This document shows positions 54,253-63,167 of a DNA stretch of 64,000 bases, piece after piece (the stretch's first letter is position 1; the number at the start of each line of letters is the position of its first letter). Origin of the DNA: an uncultured Gammaproteobacteria bacterium (GTDB taxonomy: Bacteria; Patescibacteriota; Microgenomatia; PFEM01; JAHIFH01); NCBI GenBank assembly GCA_964653685.1, contig CAZZHA010000001.1:5794-69793 (forward strand), written 5' to 3'. The position numbers and the translations under genes were made by a program. A model generated the notes under the pieces. It worked only from the letters and a program-made list of their open reading frames with translations. It ran no database searches and was not told the DNA's origin.

Positions 54253-55779
54253 TTATTTAAATATTTCTCTAAGAAAGCTAAGGATTTTTTGCCAAAAGGT
54301 TAGTTTTGTTTCAGACAAAGGAGTAATTATTGGTTCTGGATTTGAAGTAATTTGTGGTGTGGGACTTGGTTGTTGTTCTATTTTTTCTTTAATCAGTTCT
54401 GTTGTCTGACCCAAGACTTCATTTTCCGAGGTTGTCTTTTTAGCTACAGCCAATTTTTCAGTTTTGGCAGAAATGTAATTAGACCACCTTCCCGGAGCGC
54501 AGCCGTTGCCGGCTCTGATTGTAAAATAATAGGTAGTGCTTGGGGCAAGAGCTTTTATAGTGTAGTTGACTACTCCAATCTTTTGAGCGGAATTAAATTG
54601 GGTGCCAAAACGCCAGTCGCCTTCCTTATAACCATAGGCAATAAAATAATAGGAAACATAATCGGTAACCGGCATAAAATATAAAGTGGCGGAATTTTCA
54701 GTGGTATCAATTTGAAATAATTTTGGCGCAGTTAAAGGCGGCCAATCTCCACAACCAAGGGCAGAAGTAGAACTTGTAGAAGTAGAACCGGTATCTTCTG
54801 CTACCGTAAAAGTAGTGAAATGGGCAGCCGTAAAAGTAACTAAATGAGTCGTTCGGTTATAACTTAATCCGGACACAATGCCACCAGTATCAGTTTGTCC
54901 ATCAACTAATATTTTTGGGCTGTTTAGGGTAATACTATACATCGTTAAAGAAGCTTGGGTATCGGTTAAATCTTTAATGAGGTCAGCGTCAAGGCTGATT
55001 ACTCCCTGGGAAATGCTTAATTTGCTGTCTAATGATTGCATCCAGGTCAAAGCATCGCGATCAGTGAAATTCATCTCCGCCAAAAAAGTTATTTTGCCAA
55101 TGTTTTCTCCACCTTCACTTTTCAGGAAATATAATCCGGAGATACGGGAAAAGTCGCCTTGATCGCCTAAGTTTGTGGCTACACCTTCATTGGTCATTTG
55201 TGTAGTAATAGTACTGATTGTTGGACATTCACCAGAACCTGGGTTGCACCATCCGCGAGTAGGAGAAGCGGCCGAATTCCAGGTTTGTTCATCTAAGTTG
55301 TAATAGGCAGATTTGCCTTGTTCTATGGTAACGCCAGTGGCGTCACTCGGATCAGCACCAGGATCACAAGTTTCGCTACCGTACTTTACGGCATAAACAC
55401 TATTGCTCTCATCTCTGAAAATTACCAAACAGGCGCCATCATCAGGGATACGAGTGTCATTATCGGTCGCGAAAGTCAAAAAACCGCCGCGGGGGACGCT
55501 CCCACTTAAATCTTGTGAATAGAAATAAGTGTAGTTTGGTTCTGTACCCTGATAAATTACCAATCTCCACCCGGAAAGACTAAGAGCTGTGTCCTGATCA
55601 GGATTTAGCAGCTCAATCCATTCTTCGCCGCCAGCACTAGGCTGCGCTACAAACTCGTCAATCATTACCACAGGATCACCATTTGCCCTTACCGGAGAAA
55701 TTCTTACGACAACGGCAAAAAAAGAGAAACAAAGAAGAAGCAGAAAAACAAAAACTAGTTTTTTCATCACTAAAAACAT
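54253..55779 (-). CDS. Secreted lamin-tail-domain (LTD) protein with a C-terminal fibronectin type III domain
   Basis: LTD motif VVMIDEFVAQPSAGGEEWIELLNP..LSGWRL. Fn3-like TAPKLFQIDTTENSATLYF..STTYYFTIRA. The ORF-track start at 55827 lies in the transposase relic. ATGs at 55779/55767 precede the signal peptide KKLVFVFLLLLCFSFFAVV. Confidence 0.8.
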   Translation of the reverse strand: MFLVMKKLVFVFLLLLCFSFFAVVVRISPVRANGDPVVMIDEFVAQPSAGGEEWIELLNPDQDTALSLSGWRLVIYQGTEPNYTYFYSQDLSGSVPRGGFLTFATDNDTRIPDDGACLVIFRDESNSVYAVKYGSETCDPGADPSDATGVTIEQGKSAYYNLDEQTWNSAASPTRGWCNPGSGECPTISTITTQMTNEGVATNLGDQGDFSRISGLYFLKSEGGENIGKITFLAEMNFTDRDALTWMQSLDSKLSISQGVISLDADLIKDLTDTQASLTMYSITLNSPKILVDGQTDTGGIVSGLSYNRTTHLVTFTAAHFTTFTVAEDTGSTSTSSTSALGCGDWPPLTAPKLFQIDTTENSATLYFMPVTDYVSYYFIAYGYKEGDWRFGTQFNSAQKIGVVNYTIKALAPSTTYYFTIRAGNGCAPGRWSNYISAKTEKLAVAKKTTSENEVLGQTTELIKEKIEQQPSPTPQITSNPEPIITPLSETKLTFWQKILSFLREIFK

Positions 55780-55847
55780 TTTTACCTTTTTTGATAAAAA
55801 TGTCAACATCTTATCCATCCACCACATATTGGAATTATTAGGGTAAT

Positions 55848-56048
55848 CAGTTTACCAAAGTCATAAAGGAACCCAGAACCACTGTCTGTCTGGGTCGCTT
55901 TGATCTGAAAGGGAGTGATTTTAATAAGCTTGTCTAAGAAATCAGCCAACGTTCTTGAAAAATGACTCTTGTAGATGTAGGAGAAAGTAAATTCAGAAAT
56001 GATATCAATGTCAGTAAGAATATACCTCTTGATTCCATGTTCGAATCT
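55848..56048 (-). mobile_element. Degenerate fragment of an rve (DDE integrase-core) transposase, IS481/IS3-like
   Basis: Own translation gives RFEHGIKRYILTDIDIISEFTFSYIYKSHFSRTLADFLDKLIKITPFQIKATQTDSGSGFLYDFGKL. It fits the rve pattern hhhD..S+...a......FL......p..I..vqTDNGsEF. There is no start codon and both ends are missing. Confidence 0.6.
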
Positions 56049-56105
56049 AACATTTGAAGTTGCGAAGAATATTTAAATTTGCTTAACTTATATTAGAGTT
56101 AGAAA

Positions 56106-57272
56106 ATGATGAAAATAATTACAGATAAATTAACCGCCCTGAAGAAAATAAAGCTATCCAAACTCCATTTAATACTCATAGCTTTGGGCTTATTGGTTTT
56201 ACTAGGTACAATCTCTGCTATTTATTTACAGAAAAGGCAACAAGGTTTCTTAAGAGAGGGGTCTGGACAACCACAGGGTTGGGGACAAAGACCGGGAGGA
56301 GCTCAGGATCTCGGCGAACCGCCATCGACCTCTCTCAAACCGCGTTGGAGTGGTTCTATTCCCAAACCCCCCAAAGAAAAGATTACCTACTACAAAGGCA
56401 TTTGGGGTGCGACATGGATTTATCCGGAAGAACATTCCAATCTTAAACCTGAACCTGAAAAATACCGCGGTTGGGGAGTGAATATTATTAATATCTCCCC
56501 AGGTTTTGAAATTAACAAAAACGGCGAGGTGCGCTACCCTTTGGACTTCCCTACTTATGAAGATATGGATGCCAGGATTGGCGAAATTGCCGAAATGTTT
56601 TACAAAGAAGATATTTATTTGGCCATGACGATTCAGGTTCATTATAAAGAAGAGTTTGTCCGCGGGGCCGAATGGGGCGGAGAAACGGCTTATATACCCA
56701 AGGAAAAGACACAAATTCCTGGATATTTCAAAAATTTTGACAATATTGTTGTTGATATGGCCAAAATCGCCCAAAAATATCACTTGGAATTGTTTTCGCC
56801 GTTAGGTGAACCGGAGAATGTATTTTACGATCCTAAATTAGCTTCCGATTGGAGTCAACAGGTTCTGCCCAAGGTTAAGAAATACTACAAAGGTAAAGTT
56901 TATTACAAGGGTGATTTACACAAAGGAGAGGGGGACAATATGAACTTCAGAGGCTATGATGTTTTAGGAATTATGCCTCACCCGGCTGAGTTAGCGTATA
57001 ATTTTAAGGCTCTCCGAGAAAAAGTGGTTATCAATATGGACAAAGGTCTGGCTTGGGCCAAAAGAGATGGAGTAAATGAGGTAGTCGTAGCCGAACATGG
57101 ATATGAAGGAGGGGGCAAGATGTGGCCTGCAGAAAACTTCGATATCCTCTTGGAAGAAAGCAGTAAAAGATTAAACGGGATTTTTTTAAGCGATCCATTT
57201 CCAACAGTTCTAAAAACAAAACAAGGTGAGCAAATTATCTCTGTGATGAAAAGGTGGTTTTCCTCCAAGTAA
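56106..57272 (+). CDS. Hypothetical membrane-anchored extracytoplasmic protein, possibly a TIM-barrel glycoside-hydrolase-like fold
   Basis: 388 aa with an N-terminal TM. Weak GH5-like hints (SPLGEPENV, VVVAEHGYEGGG). No firm family assignment. Confidence 0.45.
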   Translation: MMKIITDKLTALKKIKLSKLHLILIALGLLVLLGTISAIYLQKRQQGFLREGSGQPQGWGQRPGGAQDLGEPPSTSLKPRWSGSIPKPPKEKITYYKGIWGATWIYPEEHSNLKPEPEKYRGWGVNIINISPGFEINKNGEVRYPLDFPTYEDMDARIGEIAEMFYKEDIYLAMTIQVHYKEEFVRGAEWGGETAYIPKEKTQIPGYFKNFDNIVVDMAKIAQKYHLELFSPLGEPENVFYDPKLASDWSQQVLPKVKKYYKGKVYYKGDLHKGEGDNMNFRGYDVLGIMPHPAELAYNFKALREKVVINMDKGLAWAKRDGVNEVVVAEHGYEGGGKMWPAENFDILLEESSKRLNGIFLSDPFPTVLKTKQGEQIISVMKRWFSSK

Positions 57273-57312
57273 CCAGTCTGCTCCGCGGGCAAGACTCGAA
57301 CTAACATTAAAC

Positions 57313-57621
57313 TTACATCTTGATTTCAATATCAACGCCTGCGGGCATTTCGAGGTGCATTAAGGAGTCAATTGTTTTACTAGTTGGTTCAAGAATATCA
57401 ATTAATCTTTTATGAGTAAGAATTTGGAATTGTTCTCTGGCGTCTTTGTCAGTGTGGGGACTGGTGGTAACCGTAATCAGTTTTCGGTGGGTTGGTAAAG
57501 GCACAGGACCCACTACCTTGGCACCACTAGCTAAGGCTGTTTCTAAGATTTTTTCGCAACTTTCATCGATGACTCGATGATCATACGCTTTTAAACGTAC
57601 CCTTATTCTGCCTTTTGGCAT
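57313..57621 (-). CDS. rpsJ: 30S ribosomal protein S10
   Basis: 102 aa. [16 protein letters not shown] and [36 protein letters not shown]. Confidence 0.96.
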   Translation of the reverse strand: MPKGRIRVRLKAYDHRVIDESCEKILETALASGAKVVGPVPLPTHRKLITVTTSPHTDKDAREQFQILTHKRLIDILEPTSKTIDSLMHLEMPAGVDIEIKM

Positions 57622-57627
57622 TTTTTC

Positions 57628-58818
57628 TTAGGCAATAATTTTACTAATTACTCCCGCTCCGACAGTGTGGCCACCTTCGCGAATAGCAAAACGGAAGCCT
57701 TCCTCCATGGCAACCGGCTGAATAAGTTTGACTGTCATCTTGGCATTATCACCAGGCATGACCATTTCCACTCCTTTAGCGAGAGTGACTTCACCGGTTA
57801 CGTCTGTAGTTCGAACATAAAATTGAGGTTTGTAACCGCTAAAGAAAGGAGTGTGACGACCACCTTCTTCTTTGGTTAAGATATAAACTTCTGCCTCAAA
57901 TTCTTGATGAGGCTTGATGGTACCGGGCTTGGCTAAAACTTGGCCTCGCTCAACGTCTTTCTTTTCAATTCCTCGAAGGAGGATGCCGACGTTATCGCCA
58001 GCCTCACCTTCATCAAGAGTCTTGCGGAACATTTCAACACCAGTGACCGTGGTTTTTTGGGTATCGCGTAGACCGACAATTTCGATTTCATCACCAACTT
58101 TAATTTTACCTCGTTCGATTCTCCCGGTAACAACCGTCCCTCGACCTTTAATAGAGAAAACATCCTCAAGAGGCATCAAGAAAGGTTTATCTAAAGGCCG
58201 TTTAGGTGTCGGAATATTTTCATCAACCGCCTTCATCAGCTCAAGAACGGTTTTTTCTGCTTCAGCATCGCCCTCAATGGCCTTAGCGGCGGAACCTCGG
58301 ATAATCGCAATTTTGTCACCAGGGAATTTATATTTAGTTAAAAGTTCCCTGATTTCCATTTCAACCAGATCAAGCATCTCTTTGTCCTTAACCAAATCAA
58401 CTTTATTTAAGAAAACGACCATGGATGGCACATCAACTTGACGAGCTAAGAGAATGTGCTCTCGAGTTTGAGGCATTGGACCATCATCGGCGGCAACAAC
58501 AAGAATGGCACCATCCATTTGGGCAGCCCCAGTAATCATGTTTTTGATAAAGTCTTTGTGTCCGGGACAGTCAATGTGAGCATAGTGACGCTTTTCCGTC
58601 TCATACTCAATGTGGGAAATAGAAATTGTCAAACCTCGTTCTTTTTCTTCAGGAGCGTTATCAATCTGATCAAAGGGGATATATTTTGTCCCCGTATTGG
58701 CTTTCTCCAAAACCTTGGTAATGGCCGCGGTTAAAGTCGTCTTGCCATGGTCAACGTGACCAATGGTCCCAATATTAACGTGAGGTTTTTCTCTTTTAAA
58801 TTTTGTTTTTTCAGCCAT
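57628..58818 (-). CDS. tuf: Elongation factor Tu
   Basis: 396 aa. [19 protein letters not shown]. Confidence 0.98.
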   Translation of the reverse strand: MAEKTKFKREKPHVNIGTIGHVDHGKTTLTAAITKVLEKANTGTKYIPFDQIDNAPEEKERGLTISISHIEYETEKRHYAHIDCPGHKDFIKNMITGAAQMDGAILVVAADDGPMPQTREHILLARQVDVPSMVVFLNKVDLVKDKEMLDLVEMEIRELLTKYKFPGDKIAIIRGSAAKAIEGDAEAEKTVLELMKAVDENIPTPKRPLDKPFLMPLEDVFSIKGRGTVVTGRIERGKIKVGDEIEIVGLRDTQKTTVTGVEMFRKTLDEGEAGDNVGILLRGIEKKDVERGQVLAKPGTIKPHQEFEAEVYILTKEEGGRHTPFFSGYKPQFYVRTTDVTGEVTLAKGVEMVMPGDNAKMTVKLIQPVAMEEGFRFAIREGGHTVGAGVISKIIA

Positions 58819-58854
58819 TTTTTTCCTTAATATTATTTTAGCTAATTCTCGAGT

Positions 58855-58883
58855 ATTTTACAAGACTGTTTTTCCTTTTGCAA
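58855..58883 (-). promoter_or_regulatory. Candidate internal promoter for tuf-rpsJ
   Basis: Minus strand reads TTGCAA (58883-58878), a 17-nt spacer and TAAAAT (58860-58855). SD AAGGA precedes the ATG. Confidence 0.5.
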
Positions 58884-58890
58884 GCCCTAT

Positions 58891-61017
58891 TTATTTTTCT
58901 CTGCCAGAAGTAGCTCCAGCTTTAGTGGAAACAATTTTTTCCGTAATATTAGCCGGCACTTCTTGATAATGAGAAAATTCCATATAGGGATTGGCCCTAC
59001 CCTGAGTAATACTCCTCAAAGTGGTGGCATAACCTGAAACTTCGGCCAAAGGAATGAGAACCGTAATTACCCGAATATTGCCCCGTGCCTCTGTTTCCTG
59101 AATTTGAGCCCGCTTACTAGACAAATCGCCAATAACATCACCCATAAACTCATCAGGCGTAGTCACTTCTAATTTCATAATCGGTTCTAAGAGAACCAAA
59201 TTGGCTTGCTTGGCCGCCGCTTGAAAACCCATTGAACCAGCAATCTTAAAAGCAATATCTGAAGAATCAACTTCATGATAACTGCCGTCATAGACCGCCA
59301 CAGACACATCAGTCACCGGATAACCTACTAAAATTCCTTTATCCATCGCCTCCTTAACACCCTTTTCAATCGCCGGAATGTAAACAGAAGGAATGGCTGT
59401 TCCTCGAATTTCATTGGTGAACTTAAAGCCCTCACCTCGACCTAAAGGCTCCAGTCTAAGAAAACAATGACCATATTGACCTCGGCCACCTGATTGACGA
59501 ATATATTTACCTTCGCCTCTAGCCATCTGGGTAATTGTTTCCTTGTAGGCGACTTGGGGCTGTCCAGTCCTGGCTTCGACCCCAAACTCCCGCTTCATTC
59601 GGTCAACAATAATTTCCAGATGCAACTCACCCATACCAGAAATAATTGTCTGGCCAGTCTCCCGATCAGACTTAATTTGAAAAGTCGGATCTTCTTCAGA
59701 AAGACGATTAAGAGCATAACCAAGTTTTCCTTGGTCAGCCCGGGTTTTAGGTTCAATCGCAAGAGAAATGACCGGCTCAGGAAAAGTAATCGATTCTAAA
59801 ACAATCGGCTTGGCTTTATCACAAAGAGTATCACCCGTCGCCGCTTCTTTCAAACCAACAATGGCAATAATTTCTCCGGCTTCAGCCGTTTCAATTTGCT
59901 CTCGATTGTTGGCATGCATCAGCAGTAAACGCCCCACTCTTTCAGACCGTTTTTTGGTACTATTGTAAACTTCTTTACCGGCTTTTAATGTTCCCGAATA
60001 AATCCGAATATAAGTTAGTCTACCCACATGGGGGTCAGATTGAATTTTAAAGGCTAGAGCCGCAAAAGGGCCCTTAGGATCACAAGTTCTTTTTTCTTCC
60101 TCACCCGTTTCAGGGTTAGTCCCTTTAATGGCCGGAACATCAAGCGGATTGGGTAAAAAATCAACCACTCCATCTAAAATAGGTTGAACACCTTTATTAC
60201 GCAAGGAGGCTCCGGTATAAACCGGGACAAGTTGATTAGCGATGGTTGCCTGACGAATGCCTGTTTTTAATTCTTCAAGGCTAATTTCTTCACTCCGTAA
60301 AAATTTTTCTGTAAGATCTTCATTGGTTTCGGCCACTAATTCAACCAATTCTTCTCGATACTTTTTCGCTTGCTCAACTAGATTGGCGGGAATTTCTTTG
60401 GTTTCAAATTTCTCTCCGGTTTTATCCTTTTCTTCCCAAATCAGGGCTTTTTGATTGAGAACATCAATTACACCAACAAAATCTTTTTCACTACCAATCG
60501 GCATTGTAAGAACAATCGGCTTAGCTCCTAAACGATCTTTAATCATCCCCACTGTCCGTTCAAAGTTTGCTCCCAATTTATCCATCTTGTTAATGAAGCA
60601 AAGGCGGGGAACATGATAACCGTCAGCTTGGTGCCAAACTTTTTCTGACTGAGATTGAACCCCTTCCTCAGCATCAAAAACAACAATCCCGCCGTCTAAA
60701 ACTCTTAAAGAGCGTTCTACTTCAGCCGTAAAATCAATATGGCCGGGAGTATCAATAATATTAACTCGATAGTCACGCCAAAAAGCGGTTGTCGCTGCTG
60801 ACACAATCGTAATCCCCCGTTCCTTTTCTTGCTCCATCCAATCCATCTGGGTAGTACCTTCATCGATATCGCCGATTTTATAGCTCTTGCCAGTATAATA
60901 AAGGACCCGCTCAGTTGTGGTCGTTTTACCAGCATCAATATGGGCAATAATACCAATGTTCCGAACTTTTTCAATCGGGACTTTTCTTATGGTAACTGTT
61001 TCGTTTTTTTCGGCCAT
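58891..61017 (-). CDS. fusA: Elongation factor G
   Basis: 708 aa. [24 protein letters not shown]. TGaTAAAAT lies 12 nt upstream of the ATG. Confidence 0.98.
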   Translation of the reverse strand: MAEKNETVTIRKVPIEKVRNIGIIAHIDAGKTTTTERVLYYTGKSYKIGDIDEGTTQMDWMEQEKERGITIVSAATTAFWRDYRVNIIDTPGHIDFTAEVERSLRVLDGGIVVFDAEEGVQSQSEKVWHQADGYHVPRLCFINKMDKLGANFERTVGMIKDRLGAKPIVLTMPIGSEKDFVGVIDVLNQKALIWEEKDKTGEKFETKEIPANLVEQAKKYREELVELVAETNEDLTEKFLRSEEISLEELKTGIRQATIANQLVPVYTGASLRNKGVQPILDGVVDFLPNPLDVPAIKGTNPETGEEEKRTCDPKGPFAALAFKIQSDPHVGRLTYIRIYSGTLKAGKEVYNSTKKRSERVGRLLLMHANNREQIETAEAGEIIAIVGLKEAATGDTLCDKAKPIVLESITFPEPVISLAIEPKTRADQGKLGYALNRLSEEDPTFQIKSDRETGQTIISGMGELHLEIIVDRMKREFGVEARTGQPQVAYKETITQMARGEGKYIRQSGGRGQYGHCFLRLEPLGRGEGFKFTNEIRGTAIPSVYIPAIEKGVKEAMDKGILVGYPVTDVSVAVYDGSYHEVDSSDIAFKIAGSMGFQAAAKQANLVLLEPIMKLEVTTPDEFMGDVIGDLSSKRAQIQETEARGNIRVITVLIPLAEVSGYATTLRSITQGRANPYMEFSHYQEVPANITEKIVSTKAGATSGREK

Positions 61018-61132
61018 CTTTCTGTCTTTATTTTATCAATTTTTAGGCAAATAAAAAACCGCCTCTGTCAAGAAGTAGGTTTGCTTCGAGTTTATTCTAA
61101 CAAAATCCTATTGATTACTCAAACGTAATGTC

Positions 61133-61489
61133 CTAATAACCTCGTTCCTTCCCTGAACTCCTTGTTTTCTCAAACAACTCTTGTTGAATCTCATCATCTT
61201 CTGTTTCGAAATGATGGTCGCTTGCAAAATCTCTTACTTCCATCATTCCAAACATGCCTGAACCATCAAAAACAACAAAAGTGCCATGTTGAGGTAATCT
61301 ACAATTACCTACGACCCTATTAGTTTGGTGGTGTTCAATGCAAAGCTCGGTTAAATCACCTTCAGCTCTGATAACCAGTCTATCCTTCATCCAAGCAACC
61401 ATCTCACTCCTTCTAAGGGAAAATGAACCTTCTATTTCGTCCCAACAATCCCGACAGATTGCCTTTGCTGTGGGTTTTCTAATCGACAT
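61133..61489 (-). CDS. Hypothetical Cys/His-containing protein
   Basis: 118 aa. CRDC..C..HH..C pattern and an acidic C-terminus. No recognisable family, and no obvious SD or -10 box at the start. Confidence 0.45.
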   Translation of the reverse strand: MSIRKPTAKAICRDCWDEIEGSFSLRRSEMVAWMKDRLVIRAEGDLTELCIEHHQTNRVVGNCRLPQHGTFVVFDGSGMFGMMEVRDFASDHHFETEDDEIQQELFEKTRSSGKERGY

Positions 61490-61550
61490 AAACTAAAAAA
61501 TTGCTTTTGGGCAGGTAATAAAATAAAAATAATAGAATCCTGACTTCTAT

Positions 61551-62126
61551 TCAAAAACCTCTTTGTCGGTAAAGCTTAGGATCAATCACCTTTACCATAG
61601 CTTGAGTATCAAGAGTTTCATCTAAAAATTGGTTAATCTTTTTTACTTGACTCGCTGGCTTTTTCAAAACTTGATTATAGTTAATATAGATGACTTCAAT
61701 ATTGGGTTGCTTGCCCAACCATAATTTAACCTCTTTTAAATGCTTTTTGAATAAGGTAGCCATCTTTTTATCACTGGCTTTATTCACTGGTTTGCCTCTT
61801 CTTTTAAGCATTTGTCTTTGGGAAGCAAGAATCTCTTCCATCTTCCGTTGCATAAAAATTACTTTGTAATTGTAGTCTTTGGGTAAATATTTTAAGAATT
61901 CAGACACCATCTTAACGGTCTTACCTTGAACCTGTTTAAGCCAAGTTTTATCCCGCCTAATCTGTTTAACTTTTTCAAATTCATAATAACCTTTAGGGTT
62001 ATCCTCATCGGCCTTTCTCAGATTATCTGTCAAAACAGACATCCCACCGGCTTTCATCATCTTCATCATCATTGAGGTACCAGAACGAGGTAAACCAGAA
62101 ACAATCGTAACCGTTTTTTGTTTCAT
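61551..62126 (-). CDS. Sulfotransferase family protein
   Basis: 191 aa. PAPS 5'-phosphosulfate-binding-loop-like GLPRSGTSMMMKMM at the N-terminus. Size and layout match small bacterial sulfotransferases. Confidence 0.65.
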   Translation of the reverse strand: MKQKTVTIVSGLPRSGTSMMMKMMKAGGMSVLTDNLRKADEDNPKGYYEFEKVKQIRRDKTWLKQVQGKTVKMVSEFLKYLPKDYNYKVIFMQRKMEEILASQRQMLKRRGKPVNKASDKKMATLFKKHLKEVKLWLGKQPNIEVIYINYNQVLKKPASQVKKINQFLDETLDTQAMVKVIDPKLYRQRGF

Positions 62127-62133
62127 TAAGTCA

Positions 62134-62142
62134 ATTTTAGCA
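62134..62142 (-). promoter_or_regulatory. Extended -10 promoter, 7 nt upstream of the sulfotransferase ATG
   Basis: Minus strand reads TGcTAAAAT, then tgactta, then ATG (62126). Confidence 0.5.
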
Positions 62143-62162
62143 AACGTCGTGAATAAAAAAAG

Positions 62163-62639
62163 CTACCACCTGAAGTGAGCAAAGGCTTTATTAGCTTCAG
62201 CAATCTTATTAATTTCTTCTTTCTTAGCGACCGCGCCGCCTTCTTTTTCAGCCGCCTCGATTAACTCAACCGCTAACTTCTCATAAAAGTGATGGTATTC
62301 CTTACTAGGTCTTGCTTGGGCGGCCTGAATAAGCCAACGAATAGCCAATGATTCTCGCCGGTCACCTTTAACCGGTATTGGTACTTGGTAAGCAGCACCG
62401 CCAACCCGACGAGGTCGAACCTCCATTTGAGGTTTAACATTTTCCAAAGCTTGATGAAAAACTTCCAAAGGATTACTCTTGGTTTTTTCTTCAATAAGTT
62501 TAAAAGCCTGATAAACGTGTTTTTGAGCAACTGATTTCTTTCCCTGACGCATCGTCCGATTGATCAATTTGGTTACTAACCGGCTTTTGTAGATCTCATC
62601 AGGAATGACCGTCCTTTTTGGTGCTTTTTTACCTCTCAT
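62163..62639 (-). CDS. rpsG: 30S ribosomal protein S7
   Basis: Real start [14 protein letters not shown] at 62639. [19 protein letters not shown]. The ORF-track extension to 62735 lies inside the rpsL tail. Confidence 0.95.
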   Translation of the reverse strand: MRGKKAPKRTVIPDEIYKSRLVTKLINRTMRQGKKSVAQKHVYQAFKLIEEKTKSNPLEVFHQALENVKPQMEVRPRRVGGAAYQVPIPVKGDRRESLAIRWLIQAAQARPSKEYHHFYEKLAVELIEAAEKEGGAVAKKEEINKIAEANKAFAHFRW

Positions 62640-63123
62640 TGTTTTCTCCTTTCTCTTCTTCTTTTTTCTCAGTTCTTTCTTCACTCTTTCCGCCACCAGC
62701 CGCTGGTGTAGCGGCGGCGCCCTTACGGGTACCATATTTGGATCGAGCCTTTTTTCTGTCCTCTACGCCAGCCGTATCAAATTTACCTCTAACCACATGA
62801 TATTTTACTCCTGGTAAATCTTTAACTCGACCACCTCTAACTAAAACAACCGCATGCTCAGCCAAATTATGGCCTTCACCAGCAATATAGGCGGTCACTT
62901 CTTTTTTATTAGAGAGCCTAACTCGAGCCACTTTTCTTAAAGCCGAGTTAGGTTTCTTAGGAGGCATTGTTTTGACATAAAGAACTACTCCTCGTTTAAA
63001 GGGATTGGTCACTTCTGTCATTCGCCTGTCTTTGGTATTAAAAGTTTTTCGCAAGGCAGCCGCTTTGACCTTTTTTCTTGTTTTCTTTCTGCCTTTACGA
63101 ATTAATTGACTGATTCTTGGCAT
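62629..63123 (-). CDS. rpsL: 30S ribosomal protein S12 with a C-terminal extension of about 25 aa
   Basis: 164 aa. [39 protein letters not shown]. Tail ..[28 protein letters not shown]. Confidence 0.95.
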   Translation of the reverse strand: MPRISQLIRKGRKKTRKKVKAAALRKTFNTKDRRMTEVTNPFKRGVVLYVKTMPPKKPNSALRKVARVRLSNKKEVTAYIAGEGHNLAEHAVVLVRGGRVKDLPGVKYHVVRGKFDTAGVEDRKKARSKYGTRKGAAATPAAGGGKSEERTEKKEEEKGENNER

Positions 63124-63129
63124 ATTTTT

Positions 63130-63138
63130 ATTTTATCA
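63130..63138 (-). promoter_or_regulatory. Extended -10 promoter, 6 nt upstream of the rpsL ATG
   Basis: Minus strand reads TGaTAAAAT, then aaaaat, then ATG (63123). Confidence 0.5.
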
Positions 63139-63167
63139 CGAATTTAGGTTCAAATAAAGGAGTTTTT

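Noticed and set aside
57914-58441. A 175-aa plus-strand ORF, together with other long ORFs antisense to tuf, fusA and the 56106-57272 gene (for example 56250-56783 and 59494-59799).
   Set aside because: They lie entirely antisense to strongly supported genes, have low-complexity Ser/Leu/Phe-rich translations and lack start signals. These are typical shadow ORFs of codon-biased genes.
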